IMG/VR virus record: IMGVR_UViG_3300031754_000003
Coordinates: 5,826 to 69,825 of that record
Strand: one strand, 5' to 3'
DNA: 64,000 nt
From: a virus
Part shown: positions 1 to 9,331 of the stretch, piece after piece
Position numbering within the stretch: the first letter of the stretch is position 1
Layout of the letters: each line of letters starts with the position of its first letter
The notes under the pieces: model-generated
What the model saw: the letters and a program-made list of their open reading frames with translations, nothing else
The model's database searches: none
What the model was told of the DNA's origin: nothing
Position numbers and translations under genes: made by a program

Positions 1-126
1 ATGATCGAGACCGAAACGTCGACTGGCGCGAACGTATTCGGAAGGCCCGAGTCAGCTAGTTACTGCTCGGGCCTTTCTCATTTACGACACCTTGAACCGG
101 AACGCAACGCCCCGCGTGAGATCGGC

Positions 127-1266
127 TCATTGCGTGCTCTCTCCGAGGTATGGTTGGCTATCCGGAGCGCGAATCAGCCAAGAGTCACGGACGTTGACCT
201 TCACCAGCTTGCCTTCCGAGAGAAGATGATCGAGCGCACCGACGATATCTCCCCAGGAAACGTGTTGCCATTGTCGCTGGCTCGCGAGCTTTCCCGGCAG
301 ATAATTTGGACTCAAGGGATCAGCGGCAAACTTCCAGCCTAAGACGTCGGTAGCGTGCTTGACGGCCTTTACGATTCGCAGCTGTAGATCCAACCTGCCG
401 AGTGAGTCTAGAGGGTCGGGTTCCTCGCTCTCTCGGGGCACGAGAACACCCGAATCGTTCCAATAGAGGCTAATGCCTCGGCGCTTCAGCGGATGGTTGT
501 AGGGAACATAATTGCCTTTCTCCACTTTCAGCACGAATTCTCCGTCAATATCTTTGCCGTTCTGATCCTTTATGGCTGAAAGGGATAGCGTGTGGCGAGC
601 CGAATCTTCCCAGCGCTGGATTCCTGAGAAGTAGCTCGATCGATCTTTAGGCGGGTTACATAGCAATACGATGCCGGCCTGTAGTTCTCTTGCGCGAGAA
701 TTGAAAAAACGGATGAACGAATTGACGTGAATTGGGTTGTTGTGATCTCCGGAAAATACATTCTGCGCATTATCTAGGATAATCAATGTCTTGCGTTCTT
801 CCTGACATCGTTGCTCGATTTGAGCCCATAGAGTCCGCGGTGTACCAGGCCCAAACTTTCTGAAGCAGCTGAAGAGTTCGAAATTGCCATCATCATTAGT
901 CATTACCGAGACATCTATCAAACTCGGATAGCCGATCTCATAATAATCGCATATCTTTTCTTGGCGAGGCTGCATCCTCGCTGCGGGATCTTCGGAATAT
1001 AGACCGAAGGATTTGCTCTGTTGCACGGGCTGCCCTAGCCACTCCCCGCCAATTGCAGCGGCGGTTTGCAGCATCTGGCTAAGAAACGTCTTCCCAAACC
1101 CCGCTCTCCCCGCCAGGAGCGTCACCATGCCTCGGGGGATCAAGAAAGGTACTATGTCGTCAGCTGGTTCAGGATCTACTCCCCACCAATCGATGAGGGA
1201 GGTTATCCGTTTATCGACATCTTCTACTGGGGTGGAGGGACGGAGTTTGAGTACGTTATTCGCCAT
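127..1266 (-). CDS. AAA_25 / RepA-like replicative helicase-type ATPase
   Basis: Walker A AGRAGFGKT after VTLL, SED motif, Walker B LIILDN, YFSG..WE motif typical of AAA_25. Confidence 0.8.
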   Translation of the reverse strand: MANNVLKLRPSTPVEDVDKRITSLIDWWGVDPEPADDIVPFLIPRGMVTLLAGRAGFGKTFLSQMLQTAAAIGGEWLGQPVQQSKSFGLYSEDPAARMQPRQEKICDYYEIGYPSLIDVSVMTNDDGNFELFSCFRKFGPGTPRTLWAQIEQRCQEERKTLIILDNAQNVFSGDHNNPIHVNSFIRFFNSRARELQAGIVLLCNPPKDRSSYFSGIQRWEDSARHTLSLSAIKDQNGKDIDGEFVLKVEKGNYVPYNHPLKRRGISLYWNDSGVLVPRESEEPDPLDSLGRLDLQLRIVKAVKHATDVLGWKFAADPLSPNYLPGKLASQRQWQHVSWGDIVGALDHLLSEGKLVKVNVRDSWLIRAPDSQPYLGESTQ

Positions 1267-1534
1267 TCTACTCGTCTCCTTTTAACAGGGCCGTCGCTCT
1301 GTAACCGGAAGCCGTTTAACCGAAACGATCCGCCATTCGGCACCCTGTCATCTGATTATCCCATTGCAGGCGATGCATCGCGAGGCGTTGGCGCCGTGCG
1401 TCAAAACTGCAGGACGCCCTCTTTTCACCCAACAGCGATCATCATCTGTGCATTCGATCGGGCGCCGCATCTTGCGCATCGGCAGACCCGCCATCACTAA
1501 TTCTGGCGGATCAACCGTGAGAGGATGTGGTCGC

Positions 1535-1876
1535 CTATTCACGAACTGGTGTCGGCTTTTTGGTCAGTTGCGCGCGAGCCCACCGCTCGATGTCGTCTAA
1601 CTCGGCCCGATAGATCCGGATGTCCTCAAGCAGATCCATGATGAGTTCCCGGTGGATAAAGTTGAGGGTGTCGTCATCAAGGCGCTCGGCGATTCTGAAC
1701 ACGTCTATGATATCGCCGACCCGCTTGCGGACTTCGTATGTCACGATGATGTGAGCCCGCGCCGAACGCGGCTGGCTCACATGCTTACGAACCGCAGCAG
1801 ATTCTACCGGAGACGGTTTCTCCTCGCGTTCGCGAATCCAATTTTCGATTTGATCGTCTCGCTGCTCGTCGCTCAT
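1535..1876 (-). CDS. hypothetical phage protein
   Basis: 113-aa ORF overlapping its neighbours in the leftward operon. Confidence 0.55.
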   Translation of the reverse strand: MSDEQRDDQIENWIREREEKPSPVESAAVRKHVSQPRSARAHIIVTYEVRKRVGDIIDVFRIAERLDDDTLNFIHRELIMDLLEDIRIYRAELDDIERWARAQLTKKPTPVRE

Positions 1877-2118
1877 CGGTCACGCACAGCGAGCAGAACC
1901 CAGCCTTTAGTTGCCGGTTCCCAGCGATCGATCTGATATGCGGTGGGTTCCTCGGCGAACAATTCCTCCGCCTTCTCCCTTGTATCGCACAGCCGAGTGT
2001 AAACATGGCGCTCATTCCCCGATGATAGCAACGATGGGAGAACGCCACGAAAGCTCACGCGGTGAATTACGTTGACATTCGGCGATAATGGAGTAGATAC
2101 GTCCTGATTCCTTAGCAC
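1873..2118 (-). CDS. hypothetical phage protein
   Basis: GTG start preceded by a GAGGAG RBS; 4-nt overlap with the downstream gene. Confidence 0.55.
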   Translation of the reverse strand: MLRNQDVSTPLSPNVNVIHRVSFRGVLPSLLSSGNERHVYTRLCDTREKAEELFAEEPTAYQIDRWEPATKGWVLLAVRDR

Positions 2119-2136
2119 GGGATCTCCTCTCTGTAG

Positions 2137-2170
2137 GGCCGCCGATGGCCACCTCCATCGGCGGCCTTTT
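2137..2170 (+). terminator. 12-bp GC-rich hairpin with T tail on the + strand
   Basis: GGCCGCCGATGG-CCACCT-CCATCGGCGGCC-TTTT. Confidence 0.6.
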
Positions 2171-2990
2171 ATGTTACGAAGCTTATAACCTGTTTAGGCT
2201 GGGCACGCCTGCTCCCGTCTTTCAGCGCCATGAGTTGCTCAAACACTGTCCCACGCCCCGTAGGACTGCTTGCAAGCAACGGAATGGCGCCACAAGAACT
2301 TGCGATCTTGAACAGTTCGTTCCATTCGGCGACACCTAAATTACCGCCACGTTTACATTGAATGAATAGCACCTGATGTGGTTTGATTGCAATAAGGTCA
2401 ATAGGCGATTTTGATCCTGGCGACCGAAGAGCGAAGTATCCTATCTTTTTAAGATGGTCTCGGACGCGATATTCCAGTTGTCGTCCTATCCGATACTTGG
2501 TTTGTGAAAATCGCTTAGACTCAATGACGTGCTCCCATTCGTCAGGAAAATGGCGAACCATGCACTTATAGAATCCGAGCTTATCATACCCTTTGTATCG
2601 GCAATATTGCCCTAACTCGCGTGACGATTTCTTAAAATCCTCAAAGATCGGTCTCGCATGCTCTTCGTTAACATATTTCCAAACTGAAATAGAAATACGT
2701 GTCCTGTTTTTATTCGTGAGGCCAAGTTCACGGGCTTTTTCGCAAACGACCGTCTTGTGGCGCCCGAGATCCTCCGCAAGATCCTTCAGCTTTCCCGCAT
2801 CGGCTGCTATGTTGTATTCGATTCGGAGCCTATCTAACTCTCCCTCGGTCCAACGCTTGACATTGATGGCGCCTAGCTTCGAGAGTCTTTCATGCGCCGA
2901 CGTGCCGCGCATGCCGAATCGCTCGCCGACCTTATGAACATTCCCCAATTCAGCATAGGCTGCAAGCAATTCCGCGTTTGTCGCCTTCAT
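2169..2990 (-). CDS. HTH-containing protein with C-terminal Hjc-like PD-(D/E)XK Holliday junction resolvase domain
   Basis: GRQLEYRVRDHLKKIGYFALRSPGSKSPIDLIAIK...LFIQCK matches the archaeal-type Hjc pattern; helical HTH-like N-terminus. Confidence 0.75.
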   Translation of the reverse strand: MKATNAELLAAYAELGNVHKVGERFGMRGTSAHERLSKLGAINVKRWTEGELDRLRIEYNIAADAGKLKDLAEDLGRHKTVVCEKARELGLTNKNRTRISISVWKYVNEEHARPIFEDFKKSSRELGQYCRYKGYDKLGFYKCMVRHFPDEWEHVIESKRFSQTKYRIGRQLEYRVRDHLKKIGYFALRSPGSKSPIDLIAIKPHQVLFIQCKRGGNLGVAEWNELFKIASSCGAIPLLASSPTGRGTVFEQLMALKDGSRRAQPKQVISFVT

Positions 2991-2992
2991 TG

Positions 2993-3205
2993 TTACCGCC
3001 CCCTACTGAGCTTGATGGGCGCATCGGCAAGGGCAGATATCAAGGTTTGTAGCACCGCTTTCATGCAGGTAATTTCGTGCCTGGCATGGTGCTCATTCAT
3101 TCTTCCCGACGTAACACGCGGCGGATATACGCGCTCACGCATTTCTATCTCGCGTTGAACGCATTTGATTTGCGCGTCAATAGAATAGTGGTCGCTCAGC
3201 ATCAT
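2993..3205 (-). CDS. conserved small phage protein
   Basis: QIKCVQREIEMRERVYP...GRM motif recognisable from proteobacterial phage hypotheticals. Confidence 0.65.
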   Translation of the reverse strand: MMLSDHYSIDAQIKCVQREIEMRERVYPPRVTSGRMNEHHARHEITCMKAVLQTLISALADAPIKLSRGR

Positions 3206-3966
3206 GCGGCTTCCGGCGGATCATCGAAATCATATCCGAGTACCTTAGCCCATCTCCCGATCAATTTACGCTTTGTGTGATCGGAAAGCGTCTGATTGCC
3301 AGCGTGGTTGTCCTCCGCTGCTGCAACCCAAATGTAGTAGGTGTCTTCGGGATCAGCTTTGAGACGGGCGCCGGTCAATACGATGTACTGTCCCCGAGAA
3401 TTTGGCTTGGCTTTGGCTTTCGTGGACTTTGTGCCAGGCTTGCGCCCGCGCTGCCTTCTTGGCGTCCCGTCTTTCCTGAGAGTTCTCTCGATACGATTCG
3501 CGGGGAAGACTAGGGGGGCGGAAGGATCAGTCTCCGCTATCTCTCGGCGGACGCTGGCAGCCGTAGCATGACTGCCGAGCCCGGCTTTCCTCGCCAGTTC
3601 ACGGTCTGTGATGGTGGGATCGTATTCGACGATCCGCTTGGCCAAGAGCCTACGCTCAGCGAGCGACAAATGCCGCCGGCGCTCATTAAGGCTCATGGCG
3701 TGCCCTAAAGGATCGGTGCCGTCGTATATTTTATACCGTGGCTCAACGCCTTCGGTGACGCAGGCTTCATTCCTGGAGCGGCCATCGAGGATGTAAAACT
3801 TCTTCTCCCCGCCGTTAATGGCATCCTCGTACAACCAAATGTCATGAAGCAAACCCCTTTTCCGAATATCGTTGGCCAACAAGCGCGCTTCCTCCGATGA
3901 GAGTGGAGGAGGAAGCAGCGCTATCGGGTGGGGCTCTAACTGGTCTGGGGGCGGAAGTGTATCCAT
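3202..3966 (-). CDS. ParB/Srx-like N-terminal domain protein with HTH
   Basis: PHPIALL...LANDIRKRGLLHDIWLY...ILDGRSR...SLNERRRHL. Confidence 0.75.
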   Translation of the reverse strand: MDTLPPPDQLEPHPIALLPPPLSSEEARLLANDIRKRGLLHDIWLYEDAINGGEKKFYILDGRSRNEACVTEGVEPRYKIYDGTDPLGHAMSLNERRRHLSLAERRLLAKRIVEYDPTITDRELARKAGLGSHATAASVRREIAETDPSAPLVFPANRIERTLRKDGTPRRQRGRKPGTKSTKAKAKPNSRGQYIVLTGARLKADPEDTYYIWVAAAEDNHAGNQTLSDHTKRKLIGRWAKVLGYDFDDPPEAA

Positions 3967-4320
3967 TTAGAGCGCTCCTGGAGCCTCTGCAGAGCGCGCT
4001 GCGGCCCCCCCTAGCGGGGTGGTAATATATTCGCCAAGGGCACGCCGAAGCGCTGCATCGCGCTCTAAACGGGCCTGGAGCACATCCTGCTTCATCAAAC
4101 TCTCGCGCGCGTGCCGGCGGACCTCGCTCCTGCTCGCCACGCCAGCCTCGTCAGCTTCAGCGCAGAGTTCTTTGAGTCGATCGCCGAGAGCTTTCTGCTG
4201 TCTCATGATCTCCCCGGCGCGCGCGACATATTGACCGAATGCTTCCGCGTCGATGTCTCCTGTGGGCTCGGCTCCGTTGCTCGGCCACTCCGAATCGAGA
4301 TCCTTCTTCCTACGTGCCAT
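3967..4320 (-). CDS. GapR-like (DUF2312) DNA-binding protein
   Basis: Start re-assigned to MARRKK (GGAG RBS). AFGQYVARAGEIMRQQKALGDRLKELCAEADEAG resembles the GapR helices; C-terminal TPLG motif. Confidence 0.55.
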   Translation of the reverse strand: MARRKKDLDSEWPSNGAEPTGDIDAEAFGQYVARAGEIMRQQKALGDRLKELCAEADEAGVASRSEVRRHARESLMKQDVLQARLERDAALRRALGEYITTPLGGAAARSAEAPGAL

Positions 4321-4528
4321 TTGCTTTCTCCTGTGTGTGATGACGCCTCCGCGGAGGACGACGGTCAAACGCTTCGCGATCAAAAGCAAATCCTTGGGCT
4401 AAAGCTTCGTCGACGATCGGCAATCGATACTTCCCCGGCACCCCTCTAATCCGCCACTTCATCAGCGTCCCATGGGTCACCCCGAGGTTCCTGGCCACGC
4501 TTTCTATGAAAGCCCATTGATCTACCAT
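4310..4528 (-). CDS. Cro-like HTH regulator (probably leaderless mRNA)
   Basis: IESVARNLGVTHGTLMKWRIRGVPGKYR HTH; first gene downstream of the leftward promoter. Confidence 0.7.
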   Translation of the reverse strand: MVDQWAFIESVARNLGVTHGTLMKWRIRGVPGKYRLPIVDEALAQGFAFDREAFDRRPPRRRHHTQEKANGT

Positions 4529-4534
4529 GCTCGG

Positions 4535-4605
4535 CGATATCGGACATTTCGTATTGAGTGTCAAGAACGAGACCCTTGACATCCGGACAAACCGTCCCTT
4601 AATCT
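4535..4605. promoter_or_regulatory. Back-to-back divergent sigma70-type promoters with operator(s)
   Basis: TGTCAA (4559-4564) and TTGACA (4576-4581) are opposed -35 boxes; CGGACAAACCGTCC (4584-4597) lies in the rightward spacer; a degenerate copy is at 4541-4554. Confidence 0.7.
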
Positions 4606-4628
4606 GCCCCGAGCGATGGAGGACAGAA

Positions 4629-4937
4629 ATGAGCATTTCATTTACGCAAATCCTGATGCCAGATGGGCGCCAGCTGCAAACGGAAATTGACATGCCACAA
4701 GAGATCGAAACTCTTGCCCATGAATTTATCAGGGCCGGCGGATGGTTTGAGGTTGAAATGCTGGACGATTACCGCGCGGTGGGCCTGACTGCGTGCTGGG
4801 ACCGAGAAGATGGCGACAACGATATCGCCATAGAAGTTGTGCCCAACGGCCCCGAAATTGTTAGTGCGGTTGAGCGAATAGTACGCTTTGCGCATCAGCA
4901 GATGAAAGAAGGCGCGTTGGGAAATGTCACCTTATGA
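4629..4937 (+). CDS. hypothetical phage protein
   Basis: ATG at 4629 with GGAGG RBS; first rightward gene. Confidence 0.65.
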   Translation: MSISFTQILMPDGRQLQTEIDMPQEIETLAHEFIRAGGWFEVEMLDDYRAVGLTACWDREDGDNDIAIEVVPNGPEIVSAVERIVRFAHQQMKEGALGNVTL

Positions 4938-5809
4938 CAGACGATCTTGAATCCTCAGACCTCGCGTCTGAGGAGCGGTCTCCGGCGGTCCCATCGCTTC
5001 CCCGTGGTGGCCGGATGCCCCCCATGCCGGCCTCCCCGCCGGAGACCGCAAGCATTAATGAAACCTCTGGCATGCTCGCTCTTATCGAACGCGTCGTGCT
5101 TGATCCGGCTGTAGACGTCGAGAAGCTCGAACGATTGCTGGCCGTCCAAGAGCGCATCTTAGACAGGAACGACAAGCTGGCTTTCAATGCAGCAAAGGGC
5201 CGCGTATTGACCGCGCTCGCCGGCATCAAGATCATCAAGAACAAATGGGTGCAATACCCAGTAGAGAAGAACAATCCAAGAGCCGGTCTTTACGATGCCT
5301 TTAAGTATGCGCCGCTGGAAGAAATCGACAAGGTGCTCGGCCCCTTATTGGCCCGCGAGGAAATGGATCTATCCTATTCGGACGAGCCGCAGTCAGACGG
5401 TAGGATAATGATCCGCGGCCGGCTAAAGCATCTGCCGGGTGGCCACTATGAAGACTCTTTCATGGCCGCGCCGCTCGATACCTCGGGCGGCAAAAACAAT
5501 GTCCAAGCAGTGGGCAGCTCGAATAGCTATCTGCGCCGTTACGTCGCCTGCAACATTTTCAATATAGTTGTGGTTGGCGATGACGATGACGGTGCGGGCG
5601 GCCCGATGACTGAGGAACAGGTCGATGAAATCCTTGAGCTGATCAAAAAAGCCAAGGCACCCAAACGGTTTCTCAACTATATGCATTGGCCAGATGTATC
5701 TACCGATCAACCGATTCAGGAAATCGTAAAGGCCGCTCCTGCGCGCGATTATCGCAAGGCGCTCAATGCGCTGGAGGATCTGATAGCCAAGCAGAAGGCG
5801 GCTCCATGA
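4934..5809 (+). CDS. ERF-family single-strand annealing protein
   Basis: DVEKLERLL, FKYAPLEEIDKVLGPLL and QAVGSSNSYLRRY..CNIFNI..GDDDDG ERF motifs. Confidence 0.85.
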   Translation: MTDDLESSDLASEERSPAVPSLPRGGRMPPMPASPPETASINETSGMLALIERVVLDPAVDVEKLERLLAVQERILDRNDKLAFNAAKGRVLTALAGIKIIKNKWVQYPVEKNNPRAGLYDAFKYAPLEEIDKVLGPLLAREEMDLSYSDEPQSDGRIMIRGRLKHLPGGHYEDSFMAAPLDTSGGKNNVQAVGSSNSYLRRYVACNIFNIVVVGDDDDGAGGPMTEEQVDEILELIKKAKAPKRFLNYMHWPDVSTDQPIQEIVKAAPARDYRKALNALEDLIAKQKAAP

Positions 5810-6006
5810 AACCAAAAGAAATGTCAATCACTGTGTCTCGTACAGTCAACCTGGGAAACTTCGAGTCATTGCGAGTTGAGGCTGGAATGGCGGCATCCGT
5901 AGACAATGGTGATGACCTAGAGGATACCCGATCAAAGATCATCGCCGAAATCAGGCGCTCTCTCTCCGCGGCCTATAAGGCCAACGTGCCGCCCAAGGAA
6001 GGCTAG
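5806..6006 (+). CDS. conserved small phage protein
   Basis: ATGA overlap with ERF; SRTVNLGNFESLRVE motif common in phages. Confidence 0.65.
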   Translation: MKPKEMSITVSRTVNLGNFESLRVEAGMAASVDNGDDLEDTRSKIIAEIRRSLSAAYKANVPPKEG

Positions 6007-6049
6007 ATACTTTTATGACTCCCACGATTGATAGAGAAGGCGAAGAGCA

Positions 6050-6517
6050 ATGGATAACGGAAATAAACATTGTTCATTCTGTGGGAAATCGGAATCAGAA
6101 GTTTTCTATTTGATCTATGGACCTAAGGTCCATATCTGCGACGAATGTATATTACTCAGCGGTGATATCATTCAAGAAGCGCGCGATAGAGTAGAGCGTG
6201 GTGAGCCGAAGCGAGTGTTCCTTCGCTCCATAGATACGCGTGTGGTGCCGATCATTAAAACCAAAGTCACCACAACCACGGAAGTGGAACTGGGGATTGA
6301 GACGGCGGCATCATGGTTCTGCGGATTGTCTGACGATGAAATGTCGCAATTCTTTTGTGCGGTTGCAAAACAGATGATCGACGCTGCCGGTCCATGCCGC
6401 GCTGGTATGATGTGGTTCGCGACGGGGCGCCATTTAGCGATGTGCGAGTGTTCCACAGACGAGGGCAGAGAGATGATCCGCGATATCTGGCTAGCGATCG
6501 ATGCCCCTAATTTATGA
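6050..6517 (+). CDS. ClpX C4-type zinc-finger domain protein (no ATPase domain)
   Basis: [27 protein letters not shown] matches zf-C4_ClpX. Confidence 0.85.
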   Translation: MDNGNKHCSFCGKSESEVFYLIYGPKVHICDECILLSGDIIQEARDRVERGEPKRVFLRSIDTRVVPIIKTKVTTTTEVELGIETAASWFCGLSDDEMSQFFCAVAKQMIDAAGPCRAGMMWFATGRHLAMCECSTDEGREMIRDIWLAIDAPNL

Positions 6518-7184
6518 GGTAGAGCAGCGATCGGAGGCATGGGATCGCCTTCGCCTCGGTATTCCAACCTCTTCCTGCTTTGAGAAAATCTACACGCCCG
6601 GCGGCAAGCCATCCGCGATGTGGAAACGGTACACCTACCATCTAATCGCCGAGCGGCTGCTACAGCGCGCCGTGGGCACATACACCTCGCCCGCAATGGA
6701 GCGCGGAGTCATCGTCGAGGCTGATGCGGCGGCATGGTACGAGCTTACCGAGGATATTGAGACTCAGAAGATCGGCTTCATCACGACCGATGACGGTAAG
6801 ATCGGAGCCAGTCCCGATCGCCTTGTCGGCGACGATGGGCTTCTGGAGATCAAATGCCCCGAGCCCGCCGCACAGGTTGAGTATCTGCTGACCGGCAAGC
6901 TTGACCGCACCTATTACCCTCAGTTGCAGGGTCAGCTCTACGTCAGCGAGAGAGCCTGGGTGGATATCGTGGCGTGGAGTGACGCTCTGCCGAGCGCGGT
7001 GATCAGAGTCGAGCGCGACGAGAAGTACATCGATGGTCTTGCGAAGGAACTCGCACGATTCAATGACGAGATTGAGCGAGTCATGGGGATGATTCGCACC
7101 GTAGCGCCCAAAGCCGGTGAGATGTCTCTGCCGCAACAGACCCTGAAGGCGGCGCTGCGCGCGAGCCTGGAGGGCGTTCCCTAA
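6501..7184 (+). CDS. YqaJ-like viral recombinase / lambda-exonuclease family
   Basis: EQRSEAW...[37 protein letters not shown]. Confidence 0.9.
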   Translation: MPLIYEVEQRSEAWDRLRLGIPTSSCFEKIYTPGGKPSAMWKRYTYHLIAERLLQRAVGTYTSPAMERGVIVEADAAAWYELTEDIETQKIGFITTDDGKIGASPDRLVGDDGLLEIKCPEPAAQVEYLLTGKLDRTYYPQLQGQLYVSERAWVDIVAWSDALPSAVIRVERDEKYIDGLAKELARFNDEIERVMGMIRTVAPKAGEMSLPQQTLKAALRASLEGVP

Positions 7185-7469
7185 ATGACCGCGGGAGTCG
7201 TTTGCGAGGTGCGCCAAATCGAAGCGTTATACCCGTGGTTCCGCGCTGAGGATTGGTTCTTCGTGCGCGGACGAGGGGACGTCGCGATGACGACACTCGA
7301 TCGCGATACGAAAGACTTTGCGCATCTCATTGGCGAGAAAGTCCTCATCACCTCGACGCCTGACGAGCGATCCGGCCTATACCACGTGCATGGCGTTGAG
7401 AGGTTCGCTCACTCTCCGCCGTGGTATCGAGGCGAGAAGATTGGGCTATGGGTCGAGGTCGTGCCCTAA
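7185..7469 (+). CDS. hypothetical protein
   Basis: ORF abutting both neighbours. Confidence 0.55.
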   Translation: MTAGVVCEVRQIEALYPWFRAEDWFFVRGRGDVAMTTLDRDTKDFAHLIGEKVLITSTPDERSGLYHVHGVERFAHSPPWYRGEKIGLWVEVVP

Positions 7470-7591
7470 TGAAAGACCTTCTCACCTTATTCGGAATAGC
7501 CTTTGGAATTATTGCTATATCCCTTGTGATCGTGATCGGGGGGATGACTCTCGTTTACTTCACGATGGAGTTGAGGGGTTGCGCCCAGTAG
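7469..7591 (+). CDS. small single-TM membrane protein (40 aa)
   Basis: MKDLLTLFGIAFGIIAISLVIVIGGMTLVYFTMELRGCAQ; TAATG overlap upstream, abuts the next gene; below the ORF-track cutoff. Confidence 0.6.
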   Translation: MKDLLTLFGIAFGIIAISLVIVIGGMTLVYFTMELRGCAQ

Positions 7592-7945
7592 ATGTGGCCG
7601 AATAGGAAATGGCCGAAACATCGTAGCTATGTCAGTTCATTTCCTTGCCAAGTCACCCGGTGCCCCAACAAAGCCGAGTGCTGCCATCTGCGCACTGCAG
7701 CCAACTCTGGAACCGGGCTGAAGCCACACGATTGGTTCACGGTGCCACTGTGCCGGGAGCATCATCTTGAACAGGAGGGGCGAACCGAATCGTTCTGTCA
7801 GAAATATCGAGTTAACCTTTGGGCAATTGCATCAATTCTCGCACATCAGAGCCCAGACTTGGCTATGCGGGCTGCGATGCGCGAAGCGGAGGAGAGGTTC
7901 CCATGGCTAAAGAACCACAGCTACACAGCGAATGGTGGAGGTTAG
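7592..7945 (+). CDS. DUF968 / putative HNHc-like nuclease
   Basis: PCQVTRC...HLR...GTGLKPHDWFTVPLCREHHLEQ. Confidence 0.75.
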   Translation: MWPNRKWPKHRSYVSSFPCQVTRCPNKAECCHLRTAANSGTGLKPHDWFTVPLCREHHLEQEGRTESFCQKYRVNLWAIASILAHQSPDLAMRAAMREAEERFPWLKNHSYTANGGG

Positions 7946-8259
7946 AAAACCGTCTTGCGCGGCTTGAGGAATACCTCAACGACGGCGTGTCAGCATCAAA
8001 AATTGCTCGCCGTTTAGGCACAACCAAAAATGCGGTTATCGGCAAGATCCATCGACTCGGACTTGCCGCGCGAGATTGGAAACCCCCGCTGCCGCGCCGG
8101 TATGCTTTTAATGAAATTGGCCCTGCGTCGTGCGTGTGGCCTTACGGAAATCCAGATAAACCAGATTTCCATTTCTGTGGCGCATCTGTCGAGGGGATCA
8201 AGCCTTATTGCTCCGAGCATATGGCGATAGCTTGGTACAAACCGAAATTAGCTGTTTAG
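7903..8259 (+). CDS. gcrA: GcrA-family cell-cycle transcription regulator homolog
   Basis: GVSASKIARRLGTTKNAVIGKIHRLGL and CVWPYGNP...FHFCG...PYCSEH; start re-assigned to MAKE with GGAGGAG RBS. Confidence 0.88.
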   Translation: MAKEPQLHSEWWRLENRLARLEEYLNDGVSASKIARRLGTTKNAVIGKIHRLGLAARDWKPPLPRRYAFNEIGPASCVWPYGNPDKPDFHFCGASVEGIKPYCSEHMAIAWYKPKLAV

Positions 8260-8346
8260 ATGAATTTCAGTACAGTCTTAATCATTGCATTTCTATTTGG
8301 AGCGGCGCTTGGGCTTTGGTTCTCAGGTCTGCATGTGAATGGATAG
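8260..8346 (+). CDS. small hydrophobic peptide (28 aa)
   Basis: MNFSTVLIIAFLFGAALGLWFSGLHVNG; ATG immediately after the gcrA stop. Confidence 0.5.
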   Translation: MNFSTVLIIAFLFGAALGLWFSGLHVNG

Positions 8347-8553
8347 GCATAGATGATGGTCACCCGAAAGACGATCCGAGCCTCAGATCATGAGATCTGG
8401 ACGGTCACATTCGATGAAGACAACGTCACGTGCGTCGAGAGAACCGAAGTCGTATGGTCGCTCAATCACCCCTCAGCGAACACGATGATGAACGAACGGA
8501 TCAAGCGGATCGTTAAACTAGCGTGGCGCTCCAATGGGTGAGGGGAGCCGAAA

Positions 8554-8919
8554 ATGAGTAAACCAAACGAACGCGACCGTGAGAAAGCACTCGGCCATCT
8601 AACGAGGAGGTGGGGAACTTTCGAGGATAGAATCGAGAGCTTAGCCAGGGCTTTCGCAGCCGAACGCGAGGATGACGAATGGCAGCCTATCGAAACGGCG
8701 CCGATCAATGAAAGCGTGCTGATATGGCTCCCTCAGTGGGAACATTATGGGCCGGGGATCTATCGCGCTATTCTAGTAGACATGGGCACTGGTCAACATT
8801 GGCACACAACGGCGTGGTCATGTGGCCGCGACTTATCCCCTGGCGATTGGCCCGAACTCTGGATGCCTCTACCGAAACCCCCGGTCATGCGCCTTCCAGG
8901 CGCCGTGCCTGGTAAGTGA
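8554..8919 (+). CDS. DUF551-family phage protein
   Basis: WQPIETAP...VLIW...WMPLPKPP. Confidence 0.8.
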   Translation: MSKPNERDREKALGHLTRRWGTFEDRIESLARAFAAEREDDEWQPIETAPINESVLIWLPQWEHYGPGIYRAILVDMGTGQHWHTTAWSCGRDLSPGDWPELWMPLPKPPVMRLPGAVPGK

Positions 8920-8920
8920 G

Positions 8921-9331
8921 ATGTGGACAGGTACCTGGACGGCCACGCTTAATGCAGATGGCACCTACACCATGACCGGAGTATGGGAATCGAGCGCCCC
9001 GCCGCCGACTCCTCCACCCCCGACAGCCCCATTCCTGGTGAACGGGAGCGCGACACCGGCGCCTGTAGCGGCCGGCGGCAATATCACTATCACCATTACT
9101 GGCGATCTCGGCAATGACTACGTGCGCATCGTTGATCCGAATGGGAGTGAGATACAGCGAACCGCAACCACGGTGGCGGGTAATAACCAATTTATTATGC
9201 CGTTGACCGAGGAGAACATATTTCAGCAACAGTCGCCTGTGCCGCCCGGCGTGTACACGATCGAGTACGATCGGGGCGGCTCGAACGTGCCGACGCCGAT
9301 CTCGCAGATCAAGCTCACGGTGACCGGATGA
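8921..9331 (+). CDS. Pro-linker / Ig-like beta-sandwich protein
   Basis: Thr/Gly-rich beta strands, PPPTPPPP linker, PGVYTIEY motif. Confidence 0.5.
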   Translation: MWTGTWTATLNADGTYTMTGVWESSAPPPTPPPPTAPFLVNGSATPAPVAAGGNITITITGDLGNDYVRIVDPNGSEIQRTATTVAGNNQFIMPLTEENIFQQQSPVPPGVYTIEYDRGGSNVPTPISQIKLTVTG

